Positions 43,080-53,600 of a stretch of 64,000 nucleotides of DNA are shown piece after piece (the stretch's first letter is position 1; every line of letters begins with the position of its first letter). The stretch spans positions 224,001 to 288,000 of the forward strand of contig CALSPG010000005.1 in the NCBI GenBank assembly GCA_943788175.1, read 5' to 3'. The notes beneath the pieces were generated by a model. That model was given only the letters and a program-made list of their open reading frames with translations. It was not told the origin of the DNA and made no database searches. This stretch comes from an uncultured bacterium. GTDB taxonomy: Bacteria > Fidelibacterota > Marinisomatia > Marinisomatales > UBA1611. A program made the position numbers and the translations under genes.

Positions 43080-44564
43080 TTGGATGCTACAATTATTTTT
43101 CCTCATCAGTTATTTTCGAGCTCAAGTGCATTAAAAAGAAGTCGTAAGACTTTTATTATCAGAGACCCTTTATTTTTTAATGATAAAAAATATCCAGTTC
43201 GGTTTCATAAAAATAAAATTCTTCTTCATATTCTTTCCACAGATTACTATAGAAGTGAGTTGGTTGAAAGGGGATATGATGTCCAATTAGTTACTGAAAA
43301 AGAATTAATTGGAGAGAACTATTTTGATTCATTTTTTAAAAAAAACAATATCAATGAAGTTCATTATTGTGACCCAGTTGATTACACAATTACTAAAAGA
43401 CTAGACCACTCGATTAATAGTCTATCCATTAAATCATATAAATATGATACACCAGGTTTTATGCTAGAAGAATCAGACGTCTTTGATCATTTTACCAATA
43501 AGAAGTCACATTTTATGGCTGCCTTTTATAAGAAACAGCGTAAAAGATATAACATTCTAATGAATGATGATGGAACTCCTGTTGGCGGAAAGTGGAGTTT
43601 TGATCATGAGAACAGGAAGCGTTTTCCAAAAACAATGGAATCGCCAAAAATTTCTCAGATTATGTATCAAAATGATAAGTTTGTGCAGGCTGAAGACTCG
43701 GTCAGTGCATTTTATAATGACAATCTTGGTAATATGGATAATTTTAACTATCCTGTTACAAGAAGTCAGGCATTGAATTCTTTTCATTCATTCCTGGAAG
43801 AACGTTTAATTAACTTTGGCGCTTATGAAGATGCTATTGTCAAAGATGAATCGACCCTATTTCATAGTATCATTACTCCTTATTTAAATATCGGATTGAT
43901 AACTCCAAATGAGATTATACAACAAGTTTTAGATTTTTCATCCAATAATTCTATTCCACTGAATTCTCTGGAAGGTTTCATTAGGCAAATAATTGGTTGG
44001 AGAGAATTTATGCGAGGTATATATGTCGCTGATGGTGTCAAGCAGCGGAATTCAAATTTTTGGAATTACAATAGAGCAATGCCAAAGTCATTTTATGATG
44101 GAACAACAGGCATAGAGCCCTTAGATGACACTATCAAGAAATGTTTAAACAGTGGTTATGCTCATCATATTGAGCGGTTAATGATTTTAGGGAATATGAT
44201 GTTATTAATAGGTATTAAGCCAAATGCTGTGTACAAATGGTTTATGGAAATGTTTGTTGATTCTTATGATTGGGTTATGGTCCCCAATGTATATGGGATG
44301 AGTCAATTTGCTGATGGTGGTTTATTAGCCACAAAACCATATATAAGTGGAAGTAATTACATTTTAAAAATGAGTGATTATAAAAAAGGCGACTGGTGTC
44401 CCATTTGGGATTCTCTTTATTGGGGATTTGTTGATCGTAATAGAGAATTTTTTAGAAAAAACCCTCGCATGAGTATGATGGTTTCAATGTTTGATAAAAA
44501 AGATGATGCCTCAAAAAAGAGGCTATTCGAAACATCTCAAAATTTTATTGAAAGTTTATTTTAA
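43080..44564 (+). CDS. Bacterial (6-4) photolyase / CryPro-PhrB family
   Basis: FPHQLF, GGKWSFDHENR, FGAYEDA, RQIIGWREF, YAHHIERLM, WVMVPNVYG, TKPYISGSNY. Confidence 0.88.
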   Translation: MDATIIFPHQLFSSSSALKRSRKTFIIRDPLFFNDKKYPVRFHKNKILLHILSTDYYRSELVERGYDVQLVTEKELIGENYFDSFFKKNNINEVHYCDPVDYTITKRLDHSINSLSIKSYKYDTPGFMLEESDVFDHFTNKKSHFMAAFYKKQRKRYNILMNDDGTPVGGKWSFDHENRKRFPKTMESPKISQIMYQNDKFVQAEDSVSAFYNDNLGNMDNFNYPVTRSQALNSFHSFLEERLINFGAYEDAIVKDESTLFHSIITPYLNIGLITPNEIIQQVLDFSSNNSIPLNSLEGFIRQIIGWREFMRGIYVADGVKQRNSNFWNYNRAMPKSFYDGTTGIEPLDDTIKKCLNSGYAHHIERLMILGNMMLLIGIKPNAVYKWFMEMFVDSYDWVMVPNVYGMSQFADGGLLATKPYISGSNYILKMSDYKKGDWCPIWDSLYWGFVDRNREFFRKNPRMSMMVSMFDKKDDASKKRLFETSQNFIESLF

Positions 44565-44690
44565 CAACACTGTAAAAAGATAAAAGGGTATAACAATCAC
44601 TCCAATTAAAATAAGTGAAACTACAGACCATTTAAAAAACGTTATAAAAAAGTATTTAATAGCAAAAAAAATTTTATTTTTTATTTTCAC
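44556..44690 (-). CDS. Putative 44-aa single-TM protein (below the ORF-track cutoff)
   Basis: GTG start overlaps the TGA of 44687-45178 (GTGA coupling); MKIKNKIFFAIKYFFITFFKWSVVSLILIGVIVIPFYLFTVLLK. Confidence 0.45.
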   Translation of the reverse strand: MKIKNKIFFAIKYFFITFFKWSVVSLILIGVIVIPFYLFTVLLK

Positions 44691-45178
44691 TTATACTTTC
44701 TATATCTGGAAATCACATCAATTATAATTGTATCATAATCTTTAATTTTAAGATGCAACTTATCATTGACAACTTTCGCTGAACCACTTAGAAGTTTGTC
44801 CTTGTAAGTCCAATTTTGATCTCTGTCGACGGCCCAGTTGAAAGTGTTGATTTTGCTATCAGACCAATCTTGTTCACCGGTCCATTCAATGTTACCTAGT
44901 AATTGAGTGAACGTAGGCCTTGTTAAATCTTTCGCGTTCGAATAATTTTTTTCAAAATCAGTTTTGGCATATGGGTGCTTCTCAATCAATACAGTACCGC
45001 TAGTAGATTTTATAAATAATCTCATATAATCTGTCCAATCTTGGAACCAGATTTCTGCAGGTCCTATATTAGAAGAGTCTGAATCCCAAACATAATGAGG
45101 TATGTTTTTATAGTCACTTTTATCTTCTGCATTTAAAAGTGTTGCTAGGTAGATGAATGTAATTATTATTTTTATCAT
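44687..45178 (-). CDS. Hypothetical secreted protein
   Basis: Signal-peptide-like N-terminus; no family recognised. Confidence 0.65.
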   Translation of the reverse strand: MIKIIITFIYLATLLNAEDKSDYKNIPHYVWDSDSSNIGPAEIWFQDWTDYMRLFIKSTSGTVLIEKHPYAKTDFEKNYSNAKDLTRPTFTQLLGNIEWTGEQDWSDSKINTFNWAVDRDQNWTYKDKLLSGSAKVVNDKLHLKIKDYDTIIIDVISRYRKYK

Positions 45179-45227
45179 GTAATAAATTAACTCACTGTTT
45201 GATAAGTATTCAAATGTTTTATATCAA

Positions 45228-45284
45228 AAAAAGTTCAAAACGCTCAAAAAAACCTTTACCTTTTGTCCATTTTTTTATTACTAT
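45228..45284 (+). promoter_or_regulatory. 9-bp tandem repeat site plus promoter of the regulator gene
   Basis: AAAAAGTTC-AAAACGCTC-A (45228-45246), 8 nt, TTTACC, 18 nt, TACTAT. The ATG at 45290 follows 5 nt later. Confidence 0.55.
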
Positions 45285-45289
45285 CTGAA

Positions 45290-46172
45290 ATGAAATATTT
45301 AAATTCTAAGGAAGTATCAGACATAATAGGTAGTAAACATCTCTACTTTAAAGAGGTGGACTGACAATGGCACTATTGGTTGCCATAAAACTGCAGGAGG
45401 TCACAGAAAATTCACTATGCAAAATGTTAGAGAATACTACAGCTCTAACAAAAAAGCTTCTAAAAGTGAAAATGTTGTATTAGAAAACTTCGAGCATAAA
45501 AAGATTTTTGAATTAATTAAAAAAGGTAATTTATCTGAACTGAGCTACAAGCTTGCAGATGCAAGTATAGAATCTGATGAAGCGACTGTTAAAACCATTA
45601 TTTCTGGTTCCTACATGAATAATATTGATGTAGAAACTTTATTTGATCAAGTTGTTGATCCTGGTAGTATGATTGTAGAAAAAGCACTACATGAAGGTTA
45701 CTTATCTCACACTGAAGCTTTTATTAGTAGAAAAATTATTACACGGGCTACAGAATCTCTAAATGATCACAAGCCAAATGGTTCACTTAATGGTAAGTAT
45801 GCTCTATGTGTTAATTTTGAAGATAATCTACCTGATTTAGGAGTGGTCATGTCAGAAGTCATTTTGAGGCATAAGGGTTATAATGTTTTTAATACAGGTT
45901 CGCATGCTGAGCTTGGAGACCTTGAAAAAGTGATTAAAAATAAAAAGATAGATCTTGTTGTTTTTTATCTCTGCAATATGCAATGCTGTATGTCAATTGT
46001 TGGGGACAACATTAATAAGACTGCAAAACAAGTGACTTCTATTTTTGAAATATCCGAAAAAATGAAAGTTGATGTAATATTTGGTGGGTTAGGCATAGAG
46101 CTTTTGCCAAATATTTCTAATACAATATCTAAAACATTTATTACGTTCAAAGAGCTAAACAAACTAGTTTAG
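45290..46172 (+). CDS. Excisionase/BldC-type HTH regulator fused to a degenerate cobalamin-binding-like domain (CarH/LitR architecture); +1 frameshift at ~45332
   Basis: MKYLNSKEVSDIIG/VNISTLKRWTDNGTIGCHKTAGGHRKFT joins ORF 45417-46172 after deleting one A; helical cap plus Rossmann-like domain (LG...LR.KGYNV...G, VIFGG). Confidence 0.75.
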
Positions 46173-46191
46173 TTTACTTCCTCAATTAATT

Positions 46192-47544
46192 ATGGGTGAA
46201 AATATGGGAAGAATGCGTCAAATTAGAACTGGGCCATTTAATGGCAAGTGCGTTCTCTACTGGATGGTAAGAGACAAAAGAGTTTGTGATAATTGGGCTC
46301 TATTAGAAGCTCAAAAAAAAGCAATTGAGAATAAAGTTCCCTTAATAGTAGTTTTTAATTATCACAATTCATATCAAGATGCGAATGTAAGGCAATATAG
46401 TTTTTCATTTTATGGGCTTCAAGAAGTGGATAAAGATTTGAAAAAACTCAATATCCAATTCTTTTTATTAAGTGGGCCAGCCAATGAGACTATTTCTAAG
46501 TTTATTGAGGATTACAAAGTAGGTTTTTTAATTACAGATTTTAGCCCGCTTAAAGTTTATACAAAAAGATTAAGAACTGTAGTTAAGAATACCACTATTC
46601 CCATTACCCAGGTTGATACCCATAATATAATTCCAGTTTGGAATGCATCTCCAAAAAAAGAATATGCAGCTTATACAATAAGGCCCAAAATAAAAAAATT
46701 ACTGCCGATATATTTAACAGATATCCCTCAATTAAAGAGACATCCTGTACAAAGTGATTTTTCAAGCGTTGAAATAAATTGGAAACAAGTTGTAGAGTCA
46801 ATGAACATAGATAGAAGCGTGAAGTCTGTAGACTGGATAAATCCGGGTGAAAAAAATGCAAGAAACCTTCTAGGAAAATTGAAAACACAATTAATTGATT
46901 ATAATGAAAAAAGGAATAATCCAAATCTGCACAAATTGTCAAATATGAGTCCGTATTTTCATTTTGGTCAAATTTCGCCTCAGCGTGTAGCTTTTGAAAT
47001 AAAAAATTCAAACCTCTCTGATGTCGATAAAGAAGCTTTTTTGGAGGAGATGATTGTTAGAAGAGAATTAGCGGACAACTTTTGTTTTTATGAAGAAAAT
47101 TATGACTTTTTTGAGGGCTTTCATGCTTGGTCACAAAAGACATTAAATGAACATAGAAATGATGAAAGAGAATATGTTTATTCCCCGCAAGAGTTTGAGG
47201 CATCAACAACGCATGATGAATTATGGAATGCAGCACAAGATGAAATGAAGACTAGGGGTAAAATGCATGGTTTTATGCGGATGTATTGGGCAAAAAAAAT
47301 TCTGGAGTGGAGCCCGAGTCCTGAGTTAGCGCAGCAAACGGCAATAGATCTAAACGATAAATACCAACTTGATGGAAGAGACCCTAATGGTTACACCGGC
47401 ATAGCATGGAGCATTGGAGGCATTCATGATAGAGCCTGGTTTGAAAGACCTGTCTTTGGAAAAGTTCGATACATGAATTATAATGGATGCAAAAGAAAGT
47501 TCAATGTGGATCAATACATAGAAAGCAATAAAATAATTAGTTGA
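46192..47544 (+). CDS. Class II CPD photolyase
   Basis: YWMVRDKR..DNWAL, SPYFHFGQ, RRELADNF, MHGFMRMYWAKKILEW, DGRDPNGY. Confidence 0.92.
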   Translation: MGENMGRMRQIRTGPFNGKCVLYWMVRDKRVCDNWALLEAQKKAIENKVPLIVVFNYHNSYQDANVRQYSFSFYGLQEVDKDLKKLNIQFFLLSGPANETISKFIEDYKVGFLITDFSPLKVYTKRLRTVVKNTTIPITQVDTHNIIPVWNASPKKEYAAYTIRPKIKKLLPIYLTDIPQLKRHPVQSDFSSVEINWKQVVESMNIDRSVKSVDWINPGEKNARNLLGKLKTQLIDYNEKRNNPNLHKLSNMSPYFHFGQISPQRVAFEIKNSNLSDVDKEAFLEEMIVRRELADNFCFYEENYDFFEGFHAWSQKTLNEHRNDEREYVYSPQEFEASTTHDELWNAAQDEMKTRGKMHGFMRMYWAKKILEWSPSPELAQQTAIDLNDKYQLDGRDPNGYTGIAWSIGGIHDRAWFERPVFGKVRYMNYNGCKRKFNVDQYIESNKIIS

Positions 47545-47576
47545 ATGTGCAACGATTTCATATTTAACTTTATGAT

Positions 47577-48038
47577 GTGTCTAATAATCAAAAATTGAAA
47601 AGTGATATCGATATAGGCATGTTGATGTCTCAAGTTGATAGGCTTTGCACTAAGCACTTTAGTCAAAACGCTCAAAATGCTGGTATAAATATCTCCCAAG
47701 ACCAATGGCTGGTTCTAGGTCCAGTTTGGAAGGTTGAGGGGATAGCACAGAAAGACATTGCTGAATATTGTGGTAAGGACAAAACAAGTGTAACAAAGAT
47801 AATTGACACGCTTGAGAAAAAAAATTTAATGGTGCGAGTTCCTGATCAGTTAGATCAAAGGATTAAGAGGGTATTCCTCAGTAACAAGGGCAAAGAGCTA
47901 ATGGAAAGTACAATGCCCATAATGGAACAGACTCGAAATGAAGTGCGTGAAGGTATTCCTGATGAAGAAATTGATTTATTTAAAACTGTATTAATTAAAA
48001 TATATAAAAACTTAACAGCGAATAAAAACTCCAACTAG
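47577..48038 (+). CDS. MarR family regulator
   Basis: QWLVL, QKDIA, VTKIIDTLEKK, D..DQR...V.LS.KG. Confidence 0.9.
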   Translation: MSNNQKLKSDIDIGMLMSQVDRLCTKHFSQNAQNAGINISQDQWLVLGPVWKVEGIAQKDIAEYCGKDKTSVTKIIDTLEKKNLMVRVPDQLDQRIKRVFLSNKGKELMESTMPIMEQTRNEVREGIPDEEIDLFKTVLIKIYKNLTANKNSN

Positions 48039-48060
48039 TTGAATCAGCAACTAATAATCT

Positions 48061-49491
48061 ATGAAAATATACGTTACTATTATATCTATCTTTCTGTCAT
48101 CGTGTGCAGAAAAATTTTCCTCGAATGATTTATTGATTTCAAAATCCATTCCTAGCGTATGGAATCATCCTTTCCCGGATACATCTAAGGTCATTGGAGA
48201 TTGGTGGGAATCATTTCAAGACACATCACTCAATAAAATCTTATCCGATTTTGATGAAAATAGTCCTGATTTAAAAACTGTAGCATCAAGACTTAAAATT
48301 GCAAAGCAGGTTTTGAGAATTAACAATGCGGTTCGCTTACCATCTGCATCACTTAGTTTGAATGGTTCAAGCAGGCAACAAAACTTGACTGCTTTTGGGT
48401 TATCTGGTGATTTTTTTGGAGGAGGGCAGGATTCAAATCAATCTAATACTGATAATAATAGTGTTACTAGCTTTGCTTCTAATAACTTTGGTATGAATTT
48501 ATCGATGCAGTGGGAATTAGATTTATGGGGTAAAATTTTTAATCGTTCTAAAGCAGCTTTTAAAGATTTCGAGTCTATATCCTACGATTTATCCTTCTTA
48601 AATTTTTCATTAAGAGTGCAATTGGCAAAATTATATTTTTCTACTTTAGAAGCTTTAAAGCAATATGAACTTTCGAAGGAGACTTTTAACAGTGTAGATG
48701 AGTTAGCAAATATGGTCTCTGCTAGGTATGACAAAGGATTGCGTTCATCATTAGATGTTAGGCTTACCCAATCATCTGTTTCATCTTCGCGAGCTCAGAT
48801 GGAAACTCGAAAGCAAATTTATATTAATTTAGTCAGAAGGCTGGAGTCAATGCTTGGAAAGTACCCAAGTGGAACATATAAAATTGCAAATGATATATCT
48901 TCTAAACTTCCAATTGTTAATGCGGGATTGCCTTCATCTATTTTAACCAGAAGACCCGATGTGAAATCTGCATTATCTAAATTACAAGCGGCTAGTTATA
49001 GAAAATCTGAGTCTATTAGTTCCTCTTTGCCAAGTTTCATTTTAACAAGCTCATTAGGTACTTCATCTAGCGAGCTTAGTGATATCCTGAACGATGACTA
49101 CCAGGTTTGGTCACAAGGATTGGCAATTGGGTTACCAGTTTTTCAAGGTGGTAGTGTTAGGGCAAATAAACTTATTGCTCAGGAAAATTTAGAAATTGCG
49201 AAGCAAGATTTAATCAAAGTCATTCTTAACGCATATTCGGAAGTTGAACAAACTCTTTTTGCTGAAAACTCAAATGATATTTTGCTTAACGCCTATATGG
49301 ATGCAGCAGAACAAGCTGAGGCGGCTTATAAGTTATCCAGAGAAAGATATGATTCTGGTTTGGTTAGTCTTATCGCGGTTATGGACAGTCAACAGCGGTG
49401 GTTTTTAGCAAGGTCGCAAGTATTAATCGCTAAAAAAAGTAAAATAGATACGCGTCTCAATTTGCTACTAGCGTTCGGGGGTAATTTTTAA
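48061..49491 (+). CDS. Outer-membrane efflux lipoprotein (NodT/OprM family)
   Basis: LSSC lipobox, WWESFQD, WELDLWGK, RRPDV, LAFGG. Confidence 0.9.
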   Translation: MKIYVTIISIFLSSCAEKFSSNDLLISKSIPSVWNHPFPDTSKVIGDWWESFQDTSLNKILSDFDENSPDLKTVASRLKIAKQVLRINNAVRLPSASLSLNGSSRQQNLTAFGLSGDFFGGGQDSNQSNTDNNSVTSFASNNFGMNLSMQWELDLWGKIFNRSKAAFKDFESISYDLSFLNFSLRVQLAKLYFSTLEALKQYELSKETFNSVDELANMVSARYDKGLRSSLDVRLTQSSVSSSRAQMETRKQIYINLVRRLESMLGKYPSGTYKIANDISSKLPIVNAGLPSSILTRRPDVKSALSKLQAASYRKSESISSSLPSFILTSSLGTSSSELSDILNDDYQVWSQGLAIGLPVFQGGSVRANKLIAQENLEIAKQDLIKVILNAYSEVEQTLFAENSNDILLNAYMDAAEQAEAAYKLSRERYDSGLVSLIAVMDSQQRWFLARSQVLIAKKSKIDTRLNLLLAFGGNF

Positions 49492-49508
49492 CATGAAGCG
49501 AGAAAAAA

Positions 49509-50639
49509 ATGAAAATTAATTTTAAAAAACTTAGTCCATTCATTATCATAATTACGAGTATTGTTGTGGTTAATTTAATGGTGAAACTAAAGCCCGAAGC
49601 TGAGTTTCAAAAACCAAAAATCATTCCGCAGGTCGTAGAAACTTTGTCGGCTTATCCAACTGAAGTACAAGCCAAAATAAATTCACAGGGTACAATTAGG
49701 CCGCAGCATGAGATTTTTGTGACATCTGAAGTGAGTGGAAAAGTAGAATGGATTTCTTCAAATTTCCTGGATGGTGCAGGATTTAATTTGAGTGATACTC
49801 TAATGAAAATTGAAAAAAGAGATTATGAGCTTGCTTTAATATCATCAGAGTCTAACTTATTCCAAGCAAGGCTTGCTCTACAAAGAGAAGATGCTGAATC
49901 TAAGCTAGCTAATATAGAATGGAAAAGAGTCGGTAAAGGCGATGCTTCGAGTTTGACGTTGAGAGAGCCTCAGCTTGCGCAGGCTAGAGCAGTTTTAGCA
50001 GCAGCTGAAGCAGCGTATGAGCAGGCAAAACGAAATTTAAAAAGAACTTATATTGTTGCTCCTTTTGACGGGAGAGTTAGAAAAAAAATGGTTGATATTG
50101 GAGCTAATCTGATTCCTGGCTCTCGAATAGCAGATATTTATAATACAATGAATTATGAAGTAAGGTTGCCGATTGCAGATAAAGATATCCCTTTTCTTGG
50201 TGTTCCATTAGATGGTACGACCATCAATGAAAACAATAGACCTAATGTCAGACTGACAACTAGTTATGGTGGTGATACATTTCAAGCTAATGGTTTTATT
50301 GTAAGGTCAGAGTCTCAAATTGACCCCAGGACAAGGATGATTTCAGTTATTGCTACAATCCCAGTTAAGAATGAAAACCAAAAATTAAAAGTTGGTATGT
50401 TTGTTAATGCTGAAATTGATGGTCTTAAATATAAAAATATTACCATAGTCCCTCGAAGTTCAGTCAAAAATGATATGATTTGGGTCGTTGAGAAATTTGT
50501 CCTTCGTAAAAAATCAGTTGAAGTTATTAGACTAGAAAATGATTTCGCTTTTATAGCAGATGGCTTGGAAAAAAACGATCGAATACTTACTACTAGATTA
50601 GACTCGTATGTCGATGGTATGCCCGTAAAAGAGAACTAG
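49509..50639 (+). CDS. RND periplasmic adaptor (MFP)
   Basis: SEVSGKV, coiled coil, IVAPFDGRV, IDPRTR, GMFV. Confidence 0.9.
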   Translation: MKINFKKLSPFIIIITSIVVVNLMVKLKPEAEFQKPKIIPQVVETLSAYPTEVQAKINSQGTIRPQHEIFVTSEVSGKVEWISSNFLDGAGFNLSDTLMKIEKRDYELALISSESNLFQARLALQREDAESKLANIEWKRVGKGDASSLTLREPQLAQARAVLAAAEAAYEQAKRNLKRTYIVAPFDGRVRKKMVDIGANLIPGSRIADIYNTMNYEVRLPIADKDIPFLGVPLDGTTINENNRPNVRLTTSYGGDTFQANGFIVRSESQIDPRTRMISVIATIPVKNENQKLKVGMFVNAEIDGLKYKNITIVPRSSVKNDMIWVVEKFVLRKKSVEVIRLENDFAFIADGLEKNDRILTTRLDSYVDGMPVKEN

Positions 50640-50643
50640 ATTT

Positions 50644-53600
50644 ATGAAAAACATCATTCGTTGGTTCATTCTAAATACCGTAGCGGCAAATCTGCTAATG
50701 ATATTTATCATCATTGCAGGGCTTTTTACCTTGTCGAGATTGAGAATGGAAGTCTTTCCAGATATAACAATTCCTATTATAAATGTTTCTGTTTTATATC
50801 CTGGCGCTTCTCCTGAGGATATTGAAGAATCTATTTGTGTAAAAGTTGAGGAGCAAGTTCAGGGAATTAATGGATTAAAACGCATTACTAGCTCATCTAA
50901 TGAAAGTTATGGCTCAATTAATATCGAGGTTGAAAATGGTTATGACATAGATGAAGTGAAAGATGAAGTCAAATCCTTAGTCGATGCGATCACATCTTTT
51001 CCTGATGATGCGGAAAAGCCTACCGTTAAGAGTTTTGATGGACAGCCTGAGGTTATAACAATTGCAGTTCATGGAAATGTTGATGAAGTAAGTTTGTTAA
51101 ATATTGCAGAAAAAGTTCGAGATGAAGTAAGTGATTTGCCAAGTATAACCCAAACAAGGTTAGGGAAAAAGCCCAAAGAAATATCGATTGAAATATCAGA
51201 GAACACGCTTCAAAAATATGGTCTTTCCTTTGATTATGTAGCCAGCAAGATTCGATCTTCTTCAATGGATGTCCCAGGAGGAGCGATTGAAACATACGAT
51301 GGTGAAATTTTAATACGTTCGAAAGGGCAGGCATATTCGGGAGATGAATTTGGGGCTATCCCAGTATTATCATTATCGGATGGATCAACTGTTTTGCTTA
51401 GAGATATAGCAAATATTGTTGATGGATTCCAAGATGTTGAATATGATATTAAGTTTAATAGTGAGCCTGCTTTATTGATTAGAGTATACAGAACAGGGGA
51501 GCAGAATGCCTTAGATATAGCAGATGAAGTTCATAAGTATATAATAAAGAAAAACCCGACTATGCCGCCTGGTATCTCTTTAACTACAATGAAAGATGAG
51601 TCTGTCATCTTACGGGGTCGAATTGAGCTCTTAACTGAAAACGCATACTTGGGCTTAGTCCTTGTTTTAATTGTTCTAGCTTTATTTCTTAAACCTAAAT
51701 TAGCCGCTTGGGTTTCTTTAGGTATTCCAATCTCTTTTATGGGCGGTTTCTGGCTTCTCCCTCTTTTTGACGTTTCAATAAATATGATTTCTCTTTTTAC
51801 TTTTATACTTGTACTTGGAATTGTTGTTGATGATGCAGTAGTCGTTGGTGAGAATATCCATATTTTTAGGAAGAGGGGTTTGAATGCTGTTGATGCCGCT
51901 CTTGAGGGTGCCTATCAAGTTGCAAAGCCCGTAATATTTGCAGTTCTGACTACAATGGTTACCTTCTCCCCGATGATTCTCGTAGAGGGTGCAATGGGGA
52001 AAATATGGAGAATTATTCCGGTTGTAACAATTGTTGTTTTAATATTTTCATTAATTGAGTCTTTAACTATACTCCCTGCTCATTTAGCACATATGAAAGA
52101 TGATGATGAAGAAGAACAAAACAGGTTTCTATCCTGGTGGTCAAAAGTTCAACTTGTTATCCACAATGGATTGCAAAGCTTTATAAAAAATCAATATAAC
52201 CCTCTATTAAGGTTAGCATTAAAAAATAGAGGAAATACAATCGCAATTTCTATTTCCATCCTTATTTTTACAATTGGTTTTGTAGCTAGTGGTTTTATAA
52301 AATTTAATTTTTTTCCTCCGCTCGAAGCTGATATCGTTATTGCTGGCGTAGAATATCCTGAGGGTACTCCTGTTCAAATAACAAAAGTTGGTCTAGAGCA
52401 AGTTGAAAAATCTGCTTACAGGCTCAAAGATTCATTAGAAGTCCTCTACCCAGATAAAGAAATATTCATCAATATGGTTTCTACCGCTGGGGACCAACCA
52501 ATAAAAACTCAATCAGCTAGGGGTCCTGGTAATCTTGATGCCAACTTTTTTGGCTCTCACTTAGCAGAATGTGTTATCGAGCTTGCTCCTGGTGAAGAAA
52601 GGCCAGTAAGTACAATTGAAATTTCAAAAATATGGAGAGAGCTGACAGGGCCCATAGCAGGAGTGAAGCAAGTTACCTTCGATTCGGATCTTTTTAGTTC
52701 TGGCGCACCTATTGAAATACAGCTTTCAAGCATCAGTAGGGGAGATTTAAAGGAAGTCACTTCCATACTCAAGGATAAGTTGCAGACCTATGCTGGGGTT
52801 TTTGATATCAAAGATTCTTTTAGTGCTGGAAAAGATGAGATCAAACTTAGTCTTCGCCCTGAAGCTCAAAACTATGGGATAACCATGGCATCGCTTGCAC
52901 GTCAAGTAAGGCAAGCTTTCTATGGTGAAGAGGTGCAAAGAGTTCAAAGAGGCAGAGACGAAATCAAAGTTTTTTTAAGGTATCCAAAAGAGGAAAGAGC
53001 TAGTCTAAATAATTTAGAACAAATGAATGTAAGAGTGGGTAATGATATTGAAGTGCCTCTTGGGCAAGTTGCTAGCAGCGAATTATCTAGCGGTTATTCA
53101 ACTATTACAAGAACAGATCGAAAAAGGTCAATTAGTGTTACTGCAGATGTAGATCTTAGTGAAGCAAATGCTAATGAAATATTGGCTAAGTTTGAGAAAG
53201 AGCATATCCTTCCAATATTGGAGAGTTATCCTAATGTTATTTATAGTTTTGAAGGAGAGCAAAGAGAGCAAAGAGATACACTGGGTTCGCTATTTAAAAA
53301 TTTTGCACTAGCATTGTTTATTGTTTACGTGCTACTTGCAATTCCTTTTAAATCTTATTCGCAGCCCCTTATAATAATGTCGGCAATACCCTTTGGTTTT
53401 ACTGGAGCAGTTATAGGTCATGTTATTATGGGTATGAACTTGGCAGTGCTATCAATAATTGGAATTGTGGCGCTCTCAGGAGTAGTGGTCAATGACAGTT
53501 TGGTGATGGTAGACTTTATAAATAGATATCGTCAAGAAGATGGAAAGTCTTGCTTGGAAGCCGCATTAGCTGCTGGTCCTCGAAGGTTTAGGCCAATACT

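Noticed and set aside
47665-47682. AAAACGCTC-AAAATGCTG tandem resembling the operator
   Set aside because: Inside the marR coding sequence (encodes QNAQNA) with no -35 at the expected spacing; probably coincidental.
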